A stretch of 64,000 nucleotides of DNA, taken from the NCBI RefSeq assembly GCF_902459465.1, contig NC_047068.1, positions 434,001 to 498,000 of the forward strand, given 5' to 3'. The notes beneath the pieces are model-generated. The model worked only from the letters and a program-made list of their open reading frames with translations, had not been told where the DNA came from and did not search any database. The stretch is from Asterias rubens (Eukaryota). Position numbers and translations under genes: made by a program. This document shows, piece after piece, positions 25,544 to 36,620 of the stretch (position 1 is the stretch's first letter; every line of letters begins with the position of its first letter).

Positions 25544-25920
25544 AGGCAGTTGACACTATTGATAATTACTCAAAATAATTATTAGCATAAAACATCACTT
25601 GGTGACGAGTAATGGGGAGAGGTTGATAGTATAAAACATTGTGAGAAACGGCTCCCTCTGAAGTGACGTAGTTTTCGAGACAGAAGTAATTTTCCGCGAA
25701 TTTAATTTCGAGACCTCAAGTTTAGAATTGAGGTCTTGAAATCAAGCATCTGAAAACACACAACTTCGTGTGACAAGGGTGTTTTTTATTTCATTCATAT
25801 CTCGCAACTTCGACGACCAATTGAGCTCAAATTTTCACAAGTTTGTCATTTTATGCATATGTTTAGATACACCAAGTGAGAAGACTGGTCTTTGACAATT
25901 ACCAATAGTGTCCACTGTCT
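25544..25920 (+). mobile_element. Kolobok-like MITE family A (P1), full length
   Basis: TTAA at 25540 and 25921, TIRs, central hairpin. Confidence 0.92.
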
Positions 25921-25954
25921 TTAATCTGGCAAGATTGGTCAAATGTATCATTAA

Positions 25955-26364
25955 AGGCACTGGACACTATGTAATTGCTCAAAATAATCGGCATAGAAAT
26001 TCTGCTCACTCTGAATTAACGTAGTTTTTGAGGGAGATATATTTTCTTGCAACTTGGAAGACAAAGAAGTCCAGTTAATGTTCATAAGTTTGTTATTTCA
26101 TGATATGTTGGGGGTACATACCACCAAGTGAGAATACCGGGTGTTTGACCAGTAGCGAAGGTGTCCAGGGGTGGATTTCACAAAGTTAGTCCTAATGTAG
26201 GACTAGTCCTAATGTAGGACTAGTCCTAGGCAATGCTAAGAGATAGGACCAGTCCTAAGTTAGGATGAGTTACTGGTCCTAACTTAGGACCAGTCCTATC
26301 TCTTAGTATTGCCTAGGACTAGTCCTAAGTTAGGACTACCTTTGTGAAATCCACCCCTGTGCCT
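25955..26364 (+). mobile_element. Internally deleted family A MITE whose right TIR is split by a Harbinger-like MITE
   Basis: TTAA|AGGCACTGGACAC start; end gtgtcCAG[insert]CTGtgcct|ttac. Confidence 0.75.
26169..26356. mobile_element. Harbinger/PHIS-like palindromic MITE H2 (AGGACTAGTCCT repeats)
   Basis: TIR GGGTGGATTTCACAAAG/CTTTGTGAAATCCACCC, CAG and CTG flanks, whole element self-complementary. Confidence 0.85.
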
Positions 26365-27107
26365 TTACAACAGTTTACATTTGAATGTCAAAGACAATGT
26401 ATTTTAAAAGCTGATGGGGGGTTCATGTACCGGTCACTACCAAAAACCAAAAAATATTGATTGGGTTGAAAAATGGATGACGTGTGCAGAGAGACGCACA
26501 ATTATTGTAACTGCTTTGTAACTATCAAGAAATAAAAAATAAACCACAAGGGAAACTGGCTTTTCTAACTTGTTATGGGCCCACACCGTTTGGCATATAT
26601 TTCATTATAGAACTCCTCAAGGAATGAATGTGTACAGCTTCTTAAATCATATTTTACAAGCCCCCTTTTATACGATATTGCTAAACAGGGATTGGGTCTA
26701 GACTTGATTCTGAGCTTTATTAGTATCACAAGAAGAGCAAGCTAAGAGAAAGATTTCGTCACTAGTTTTTGTAAAAGTTTATACAGAGTTGCTCCGATCG
26801 GGCGCCCGTCATAACGCAGCTGTCGGCAAGTATCAACTTTGTCCAAAATATGAAAATTAATATATCGTCGCCGGTGTCACGTTGACGCGTCGTCTGCCAG
26901 GAAAGTGTCACGGCTGTCACTTTAGTGTGACCTGTGTCGTGAATCACACTCCAGTCAAACCATGGGATATGGTGCCCTGAACCGGTCAACTGATACAAAA
27001 TATCATAAATGATGATTATGTTGTGTGTTATTAAATATTAAAGGTGTGGTGTTTTTCTCCCGGTTGTTTTCCTTCTAATTGTGTTCCTGTTTAATTTTCT
27101 TGTTTAA

Positions 27108-27523
27108 AGGGTCTATGTACTTTTTCCTAACACAAAAACCAATGTCCACAGATTTACATTAAACTTTTTTTAAGATTATGATAGTAGAAAGCTTCCCTTG
27201 AAATTTTACTTACTGAGGTGCTGTAGTTTTTGAGAAATGAGTAAAAGTATTAATTTTCGTCTCAGTTTTAGCATGTACAAACGTATTAACCAGTTATGCT
27301 GTGGTTTTGGTATAATATCATAACTGGTTAAGGGGATTTTACATGCTAAAATAATTTTGGTCTTTTGAGACCAAAATTATTTTGTGACTTGTTTAACTCA
27401 TTTCTCAAAAACTACACAACCTTAGTTAGTAATATTTGAGGGGAAGCTTTCCACTATCATTATCTTTAAACCCTGTAAGTTTAATGTAAATCCGTGGACA
27501 TTTTGAAAAAGTACCCGAATCCT
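27108..27523. mobile_element. Kolobok-like MITE family C, opposite orientation to 440-872
   Basis: TTAA|AGGGTCTATGTACTTTTT ... GAAAAAGTACCCGAATCCT|TTGT; colinear with the reverse complement of 440-872. Confidence 0.85.
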
Positions 27524-28539
27524 TTGTAATTCAGCGTCCAGCGTCCGTAATAATGTGACTGTTGGGAAAAATTTGCGCAGGCTCCAACACACACAACAAT
27601 GTGTGAACCAAACCGAGACTGGAAGGGAGAGCAGTCTGGTCCCCTATCAATCACTGATTATTCATTATGAATACAGGGAGCGAGACCGAAGCCTCAGTGC
27701 TCTCATGCTCCGTAACAAGAAGGAAAGCGATCATACATTACCTTTAAGGTTGGTCTACGTGACCAGCAGTGATGGAGTTTGGAGAGTGGAGAACATCACA
27801 TGTCAGTATTAAGTCGCCTGTGATTTTGTACACCATGCTGAGCAACCGCTATAAATCATAACTCTGCATTTACGTAAGTCAATCTTCTGCCTCAATCAGA
27901 GAGGGAGGGGGGCACTACAAACAAGAACATTAACAATATGTTAACTATAGCAGACCTTCAAATGGAAAATTGAAATGATTTTGTCCGGTGTTGTGTTTAT
28001 TTTTGACCTACTTATGAAGTATTTTATCCTCAGTTGATAATCTGCGACTGGCAGGCCTGGAATTTCATATTAGAAAGAGCAAGGCCGTTTTGATTGGGTA
28101 AGAGCACTTCCAGTAACAAATCTTAAAGTCTGTGCGAATATTTTGAAGGGCCACCAAGTAAAGGCAAAGACTGGGGCAACAGCTAAAAGTTCATGCTTGA
28201 TGTTTGCATGACTATGTACAACAAATCAACAAAACTGAATTATAAAAAGCTTGGTACCCTAATTCCTTCACGCAATCCCGTACGGGCCGTAAATATACCA
28301 ACCGCCCATTCAGTATTGCGACTCAAGATGCATTAAATTATGACATAGATGTCAGTTGCATTGCCCAGATGTCATAACTCTTGTAGACTACGGTCGGCAC
28401 TGGGGCCAAGACGATCAGGTTTCAATGTCGTCTTAGACGTTCCACCGTCATTTTTCATAAGTTTCCCCGTCGTCAGACGGACACTTGTAATGTAAAGAGT
28501 GCTGTTAGAGCAGGGCCTAACTTCATAGAGCTGGTTTAA

Positions 28540-29153
28540 AGGCACTGGACAACCCCTGTAATTGCCAAAGACCAATATCCTCACATGGTGTATCCCAACA
28601 TTATGCAAACAATAACAGATCTGTAAAAATTTTGACTCAATTTGTCATCGATTTTGCAAGAGAATAATGACAGAAGACACCATTGTGGAACAAATTTTGT
28701 GTGCTATTAGATGCCTATTAAATTAATAAAAGGCTTCAGGCCTGAAGGACTTTTGAGTGAGAAATTACTTCTTTTTCAAAAACTACGTTACTTTAGAGGG
28801 AGCCGTTTCTCATAATTTTGTTTATACTATCAACAGGGGCCAATTTCATAGAGCTGCTTAAGCAAAAAAATTGCTTAAACACGAAAAAAGCTTGCTTATT
28901 TTACACAAGTTACTGGCCAAAACTTCATTCCATATCAGTGGTTTTGACTGGTATTTAGCTGTTTACTTAGCATAACAATTGAGTGGAGTCTTTGGCTGTA
29001 CGGGTTTTACTAAGCAAGGATGTTTTTGCTTAAGCAAATATTTTTGCTTAAGCAGCTCTATGAAATTGGGCCCTGCTCTCCATTGCTCGTAACCACGTAA
29101 GTTTTTATGCTAACATTTATTTTGAGTAAATACCAATTATAGTATTCATGCCT
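28540..29153 (-). mobile_element. Family A MITE (palindrome type P3) carrying an H1 insertion
   Basis: TTAA at 28536 and 29154; AGGCACTGGACA start; family body on both sides of 28837-29072. Confidence 0.85.
28837..29072. mobile_element. Inner H1 MITE
   Basis: CAG|GGGCCAATTTCATAGAGCTGCTTAAGC ... GCTTAAGCAGCTCTATGAAATTGGGCC|CTG. Confidence 0.9.
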
Positions 29154-30337
29154 TTAACATTTTGTTGTTGTTGCTATGAGCAGAATACCATTCATAAGTT
29201 ATAATGTGGCATAGCTGTTTGGCTGGTAACCTTATTCTAGAATATTTGCAATATGCTTAGCTACTTATGGTGTAAGTAGCTTATGCTTGGTCCGGGTCTT
29301 CGGTATACAATATTACACAGCTCTACTTGCCGTAAACGGACAGGTTGGTGGCGCTTACGGCAACGAAAGGCGCAAGGGTTCTCAGCCAGCCATTAAATTG
29401 TCAAATTTCATGAATAAATAAATTTACGAGTCACGTCTCTACACCTTTGCTGAGCAGAATTGCACCAGTGGAAACTAGGAGATACATACCATCATTTTCT
29501 GAGACTAAGTTTCTGCTAAACACTAAGCGTAAGCTCATGAGATTTGGCATAATTTTTGCTTAATCGTTCGGTTTATGGTTTGAAACTAAGTAATTTGCGG
29601 TGTTGCGCATCAATTTCATCTTGTAATAGATTGTACATGGTGCAGCCTACGGGTGCCTATATTGTATGGTACACTCCATTCAGAAACAAACCAAAAATCC
29701 AAAGGAAATCGAAATAGTTCGGTCGGGTACTCGAGAAAAACCACATAACCGTTTATTTTTAGCCTGTATCTCACATTTAATCACTGTCTTTGAAGTTAAA
29801 AAAAAAATGTACACAACATTTTGAAAGTAAATCATATTAATGGCGATAAAGGGAAAATGATATGTGGTTTAAAAGTCAGTTACAATCAGCTGATCTCATA
29901 AAAAGCTGGAATTATAATAACACTTATTCTCGGATTAAGTTTTTAGTCAAAATTGCTCTCTGCCGGTTATTGCCAGTTGTAAATCCATCAAGACACTAAT
30001 TCAACACCGAGGCCCCTCCACGGGAAGGAGACCGGAGCAGCGAGGCCGAGCAAAGAAACACCGGCGGTAGAATCAGAGAGAAACACGGCGGGGATGGTGA
30101 GCCCCAAATCCCCTCTCTCGTACACCGCACTTTCATCACACCTTCAAGAATGTTACAACTTTTCTTCTTGGTCATCATATCACCCTTCCAGAGAGGGTGA
30201 TGAAATCAACTTTAATGCGAGAGCTGAGATGAGGGAAGGTTGTAAAACTGTCCGCTTAAATTAGAAGCTCCTCTCAAAGTTGGACCAGGCTCATGAAGAG
30301 TTTTGAAATAAAATGACATGACCTTTTTAGGGGTTGT

Positions 30338-31459
30338 TACTAAGCCCGGGAAGGGACAGTGGTAAGAAAAAAATATGCAGGGGCTAATTCGTTCGCACGG
30401 TTAAGTAATCCGTTCGAACGAATTAATAATCCGTTCGAACGAATTAATAATCCGTTCGCACGGTTTAGTTATCCGTTCGAACGAATTAGCAATCCGTTTG
30501 AACGAATTAGTAATCCGTTCGCACGGTTTAATAATCCGTTCGAACGAATTAGTAATCCGTTCGCACGGTTTAGTTATCCGTTCGAACGAATTAGCAATCC
30601 GTTTGAACGAATTAGTAATCCGTTCGCACGGTTTAATAATCCGTTCGAACGAATTAGTAATCCGTTCGAACGAATTAGCAATCCGTTCGAACGAATTAGT
30701 AATCCGTTCGCACGGTTTAACTAAGGCATGAAATGGCGCTGCACGCATGCGTAAGCAATCCCCTCACAACAACACTTTGCTTCAAGATGTCCACCCTTGT
30801 CTTTTCAATTAGCAATGCATCTATTGACAAACTTATCAACACGGTCATCATCAGAGTCAGAACTTGTGTTGCGGCCCTCTGCCATCTTGAAGCAAAAAGT
30901 TGTTGTGAGGGGATTGCTTACGCATGCGTGCAGCGCCATTTCATGCCTTAGTTAAACCACTGAACGGATTACTAATTCGTTCGAACGGATTGCTAATTCG
31001 TTCGAACGGATTACTAAATCGTTCGAACGGATTATTAAACCGTGCGAACGGATTACTAATTCGTTCAAACGGATCGCTAATTCGTTCGAACGGATAACTA
31101 AACCGTGCGAACGGATTATTAATTCGTTGGAACAGATTACTAATTCGTTCGAACGGATTATTAGACCGTGCAAACGGATTGTTAATTCGTTCGAACGGAT
31201 TACTAAACCGTGCGAACGGATTACTAAACCGTGCGAACGGATTACTAATTCGTTCAAACGGATTGCTAATTCGTTCGAACGGATAACTAAACCGTGCGAA
31301 CAGATTATTAATTCGTTTGAACGGATTACTAATTCGTTCGAACGGATTACTAAACCGTGCGAACGGATTATTAATTCGTTCGAACGGATTACTAAACCGT
31401 GCGAACGAATTAGCCCCTGCATATTTTTTTCTTACCACTGTCCCTTCCCGGGCTTAGTA
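30338..31459. mobile_element. 1122-bp non-autonomous fold-back DNA transposon, IS3EU-like
   Basis: Direct repeat GGTTGT at 30332-30337 and 31460-31465; termini TACTAAGCCCGGG..CCCGGGCTTAGTA; 47-bp identical outer arms, 21-bp arrays (16 and 22 units), 69-bp inner arms, 93-bp spacer. TAY..RTA ends with a 6-bp TSD is the IS3EU signature as I recall it from the Repbase classification. Confidence 0.8.
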
Positions 31460-32484
31460 GGTTGTATATTTTCTCTTGATCAGTATTTTTAAGCCGGCGG
31501 TGACCCTTCGGCGATGGGGTTCAGGGCATTGACCGAGAGGCAACCTCAATCCCAGGTGATATTTCTCTAGAGGGATGTGACGGTATGGAGCTCGACGATC
31601 AGATCCCTGTAGTAGATTTTTGAGGACTTTGTGATTGATTTTTTGTTTGGTGAAAGTATTCTGTAATTTAACTAATAAGTCTAATGCTGTTTCATCGTGT
31701 ACCCCACTCCCCTCCCGAGTAAAATGGTCAGTGGCCGACGGGACATTTTTGTGAGGAGAACAAAATAAAGTAGACATTTTGAGGGGGGGGGGTCTCATGT
31801 ATCTAAAACCATCATCGCAGACATTGTCATAATGTGAGGTGAAGGGGAAAGCGGGTGCAAATACATGTTATTTAAAGTGTGGAACATTTGTTGTGTATGT
31901 ATTTTTTTTTTTTATCTTACTGGGGGGGGGGGGCTATCCCATGCAACCCCCTCTCTTTAGTTACGGTTACGACAGTGGCTTCGCATGTTGTCGATCCCAT
32001 GAGGAGGGGGCAAGATTTTTGAGCGGAGGAGGGGAGGGGAGGGGGGCTGCCCTATCCACTGGTTAGTCCACTCACTGAAAATGATTTCACACATCGTGGT
32101 TACTGGATCATAGGTCTACCCTCTCCGTATCCTCACATGCCATTTCAACCTAGTGCAATCAACTTTACCCTCTGTCTTATACCGTTGTATCATAAACAGG
32201 ACTATGTGGATTATATGGTGAAAACGCATTGAACAGACACGAAAAACTTTTGTATTTTAAAGTCTCTATCAATCTCATGTATATAGCGACTCAAAATGTA
32301 AGAAATAATTTCAGGGTGTATGCCCCCACGTATATGAAGCTCACTTCACTCATCACCTTAATACCCGACGGATATGTCGTTCCCTTGATATCTCTTTATT
32401 GCCAGGGGGCTCTTTGTCTTCATTATAGCTTCATTTGACTATCCTGTCTCATCATATAGGACCCTGCCCCCGCCGTGGACTGCA

Positions 32485-32897
32485 ATATTATAATATAATA
32501 ATAATATCGAAGTCTTATATAGCGCACGTATCTACCAAACAAGGTACTCAAGGCGCTGAGTATATACAAACTTTCAGAAAGGTAGGTTATTGCAGGGATG
32601 AATTCTGAGACCCAATTAGTTAGCACCTTATAAGGGTTTACAAGGTGCTACGGCGCATTAAGCAGCCAAGGAACACCGGGGCAAACCCCTTCTCTTTTCG
32701 ATAATTGAACTGGGTTCTTTTACATGCGTTACACAATGGGACCAACGGCTTTACGTCCCACCCGAAGGACGAAGCAATGGTTAAGTGTCTTGCTTAGGAC
32801 ACAAGTGTCACGGCTGGGGATTCTAACCCACACTCTGCTGATCAGAAACACCAGAGTTTGAATTCGGTGCTCTTAACCGCTCGGCCACGACACTTCC
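32485..32897 (-). mobile_element. Second DeuSINE copy with a different 3' tail
   Basis: Reverse complement is colinear with 23621-23940 (GTGGCCGAGCGGTTAAG A box, same core). Tail cagcgccttgagtaccttgtttggtagatacgtgcgctatataagacttcgatattattatt. Confidence 0.85.
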
Positions 32898-33459
32898 ACA
32901 ATATTACACTCTTCAACTTTTCATTCGTGCGACCGAATTTTAATCTTTTCCGCAATAAAAGATTAGGAAAGTGCTCTTTATTGAGCGTAATGTTTGAAAA
33001 CTGTGTCTGTACGAAGACTTGAATTTTGACAATCAATGTTCTCTGCATTAAACATTCCCCTTTCGCTTCGAATTCATCCAACTTAATCGAGGTCTGCCCA
33101 CATCCATTGTCACACAACTACCAAAGCGCCCGCTAGCGGCAAATAAGTCTCATTTAGGCTGCGTTACACTCTATTTGTTAGCTCCGCTATTGGGATATGT
33201 CTCCAAAGTATTAGAAACGATCTACAAGGCTAGAACAAGGTGAAAGTGCAAACCGTTACCAGAAGTGGTTACTACTCTCTTATTCGCTCCTATCCATACA
33301 ATCGGCAACTGTAACATTTGGGAAAAGGCCAAAGGCCAAATGATTTAACATACAACGACAGAGAACAACAGAATTGAGATTGTACCATACACATCCTGCC
33401 CCACCCCAAAAGTGTTCAATGGTGGTACCGAATTTACTCCATTTACAATCGAGTTTTAA

Positions 33460-33832
33460 AGACACTGGATACTATTGATAATTGTCAGAGACCAGTCTTC
33501 TCACCTGCTGTATCTCAACATATGCATAAAATAACAAACCTGTGAAAATTTGAGCTCAATTGGTCATCATGTTGCGAGATAATAATGAAAGAAAAAACAC
33601 CCGTGTCACACGAAGATATGTGCTTTCAGATGCTTGATTTCGAGACCTCAGATTCTAAATCTGAGAGGTCTCGAAATCAAATTCGTGAAAAATACCTCTT
33701 TCTCGAAAACTACGTTACTTCGGAGGGAGCCGTTTCTCAAAATGTTGTATACTATCAACAGCTCCCCATTCCTCGTAACCAAGTAGGTTTTTATGTTAAT
33801 AATTATTTTGAGTAATTGCCAATACACTGCCT
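33460..33832 (-). mobile_element. Kolobok-like MITE family A (P1 variant)
   Basis: TTAA at 33456 and 33833; TIRs; hairpin GAGACCTCAGATT..AATCTGAGAGGTCTC. Confidence 0.9.
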
Positions 33833-34672
33833 TTAAGAGCAATTTTATTTTGAGGAAGCCGTCTAACAGAATATTTGTTCATTGCTATACTTGCTCCTCC
33901 ATGCTACTTCCTACCCCGTCAGTTCTAAACCCACTGCCTTTTTCACACAGTCCCCATATTGGCACATTAGCGCCTATTACCACCTCTTCAAGTACCCATC
34001 CGTCAAATCCTTACAAAAACCTCTCCAAGTTTCTCACCCAAGTCGCGATAAATAGAGGGGTTCAATATCAAAATCAGGCCCCCATGACCGGACTCACTGA
34101 GCCGTACTAAGGTGGCAGACTTTACGTCGCTAGTGCCAGGCCCTTTTTTTTCACCAACTTGCCCACGCCCTGAACTACTGTCGCGAGCCCTTCATCTATG
34201 GTCCCATTGGCGATTTCTTATCGTTTATTTATGGTTCAAAGTGAAAGTTGGAGTTGGGTTTACGAACTGTTGTGTGAATCATGATATCGTTCACTAATAA
34301 GATTATAAATCCACTTGGAATGTTCAATGAGTGTATTAACTATAGACTGGTCCAGATGTGTTAATAAGATTTCACCGTACCATGTCTAGATGTTAACTTG
34401 ATGGTTACTATTTTCTGAGAAAATGGGCTTTTCTTATATGTGGGCATGAACAACATTGGTAATATTGAAACAAAAATATACAAATTTGAACATTACTTAT
34501 ACATTGTAAGACGATGTGAAGCTAAAATGCATCAGTTGTTTAAGAATTTATTATAACAAAGAGTCACTATTTTTAGATTTACAAATACACACAATGTTTT
34601 TTTTCTTTTTCTTTCATTATTCTCTTGCATTACTTTGATGACCAATCATTGAAGCAACATTGTCACAGAAAA

Positions 34673-34827
34673 GGTGAGTACACAAAGAGTTTAGACAAGT
34701 CCTAACTTAGGACTAGTCCTATAGGAGATATAGTAAAAACATAAGGGTAGTCCTAGTAAGTTAGGACGAGTAACTCGTTCTAACTCTAGATAAGACTAGT
34801 CTAATAAGACTAGTTGTGAAATTCACC
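34673..34827. mobile_element. H2 MITE copy (left end degraded), again inside the right TIR of a family A remnant (34570-34835)
   Basis: aggactagtcct repeats; right end GTGAAATTCACC|CAG tgcct TTAA; family A body sequence immediately upstream. Confidence 0.75.
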
Positions 34828-35127
34828 CAGTGCCTTTAAGCTATAACACACATCTTGGCACTGCGAATCAGTTCACTGAGTCACGTCTGGAGTGCTGTCA
34901 GTTTTTAGATCATTCTTTTGAATCCAACACAAGTTTGTTTTTCCCTTGAGAACAGTATAGCAATATTATAGGCATATATACAATCTGCACCACGAACCCC
35001 ACTTTTCGCAGTGACAAAATGGTTGAAATGGAAATCTTAATTCAACACTTCTTCTATTCTGAGTGTTTGCCCACTGCGTAAAATCTGGCACTTTGCCCAC
35101 ACCCCGCAGTGCCCCCAAATCGGTACT

Positions 35128-35183
35128 GACTCCTAGCCAGTTTATGGTTAGATCAGACTCCTAGCCAGTTTATGGTTAGATCA
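35128..35183. repeat. Perfect 28-bp tandem duplication
   Basis: GACTCCTAGCCAGTTTATGGTTAGATCA x2. Confidence 0.9.
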
Positions 35184-35958
35184 ATGCAAATGCAAACATC
35201 TTTCGTCATTGTAGCAGCCAGCCAGTCATTGCCAAAGTTCGTCACATCTACCTCCATCGCCACACCAAAACCTTTGTGAGGGATGAACCCCAAAACTGCT
35301 GTGAGGCATGGGGTGGGGTGGAGGAGGTGGGGGTGTCATCAGGGGTAGCCCTCAATCCACGAGACGGCTCATCGTGCCTCGATTTGGCTCACATACTGTT
35401 CATTGATTGAACATGAAAACAACAAAAAGAGCTGCACTGTTGAAAACATTAAAATCGTATCTGAAAAAATTTGGATAACAACATCGACAAGTTTGACCTT
35501 TCGGCAACCACCGCCATCCCAAAGCTGCCGTTTCGGACGCAGCATACGGATGTATATCATTATCACCCATTGTATTTCACAATCAAGATTTCGTTTCGTA
35601 TATATATTTTTTGCCGAAGCTGCAGGTAGTTTCTTCCCCTTTAATATAAAACTTTATGCCGCAGCTCCAATTAAATCGACGATGAATCGCCTGTCACGAC
35701 CCTTGTTTTGGGTTCGCTAATCGCCCATGACTCTGTTTATCCATACCAAACGGTGGTTTCTGGCCCACTCTGAGCGGGAAAACAGCCAAGGTTGCAGACG
35801 ATACCAACTTCCGGGGCATGGTTAGTCATTTGATGCCGTTAATTCAGTTCTGGGTTTGGATATGCTTGGCTCCATATTGGAATTAATTTAAGTTCAAATG
35901 ATATTGTTTCCTGTACAAGACGAGTTGGATATAGTTTCTTACATAAGGAAAATCTTAA

Positions 35959-36233
35959 AGGCACTGGACACCTTTGGTAATTGTCAAGGACCTGTGGTGT
36001 ATCCGAACTTGTACATAAAATAATAAACCTGTGAAAATTGTAACTTAATTGGTCTTCGAAGTTACGAGGAAAAATGGAAGAAAAAAACACCCTTGTCGCA
36101 AAAGTTGTGTTCCATCAGATGCTTTTCAAAAATTAAAAGATTTTAGTAAGGAATTACTTCTCAAAAACTACGTTACTTCAGAGAGAGGGAGCCGTTTCTC
36201 TCAGAATGTTTTAAACTTATTGCTCGTTACCAA
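35959..36233 (-). mobile_element. Family A MITE truncated by the adjacent copy
   Basis: TTAA|AGGCACTGGACACCTTTGGTAATT; body ends abruptly at gctcgttaccaa|TTAA. Confidence 0.85.
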
Positions 36234-36237
36234 TTAA

Positions 36238-36620
36238 AGACAGTGGACACCTTTTGTAATTGTCAAAGACCAGTCTTCTCACTTGGTGTATCTCAACATA
36301 TTATGCATAAAATAACAAACCTGTGAAAATTTGAGCTCAATTGGTTGAAGAAGTTGCGAGATAATAATGAAAGGAAAAAACACCCTTGTCACACGAAGTT
36401 GTGTGCTTTCTGATGCTTGATTTCGAGACCTCAAGTTCTAAACTTGAGGTCTCGGAAATCAAATTCGTGGAAAATTACTTCTTTCTCGAAGACTACTTCA
36501 CTTCAGAGGGAGCTGTTTCTCACAATGTTTTACACTATCAACCTCTCCCTATTACTGGTAATAAAGAAAGGTTTTGTGATGATAATTATTTTGAGTAATT
36601 ACCAATAGTGTCCACTACCT
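36238..36620 (-). mobile_element. Kolobok-like MITE family A (P1), full length
   Basis: TTAA at 36234 and 36621, TIRs, hairpin. Confidence 0.92.

Larger units (their letters stand above)
28514..29293. mobile_element. Outer, decayed H1 MITE split by a family A MITE
   Basis: Left end CAG|GGCCTAACTTCATAGAGCTG. After 29157 the sequence (atgagcagaatacca..ggctggtaacctt..aagtagcttatgcttggtcc) resumes colinearly with the 4468-4647 copy. Confidence 0.65.

Noticed and set aside
30385-31412. CRISPR-like appearance of the repeat arrays
   Set aside because: Units are contiguous with no unique spacers, lie in inverted arms of a TE, and the DNA is eukaryotic with no cas genes.
30359-31492. ORFs with heptad repeats (NPFERIS..., LVIRSNE..., ITNSFER...)
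   Set aside because: They are translations of the 21-bp array in several frames on both strands inside a transposon; no splice or start context supports a protein.
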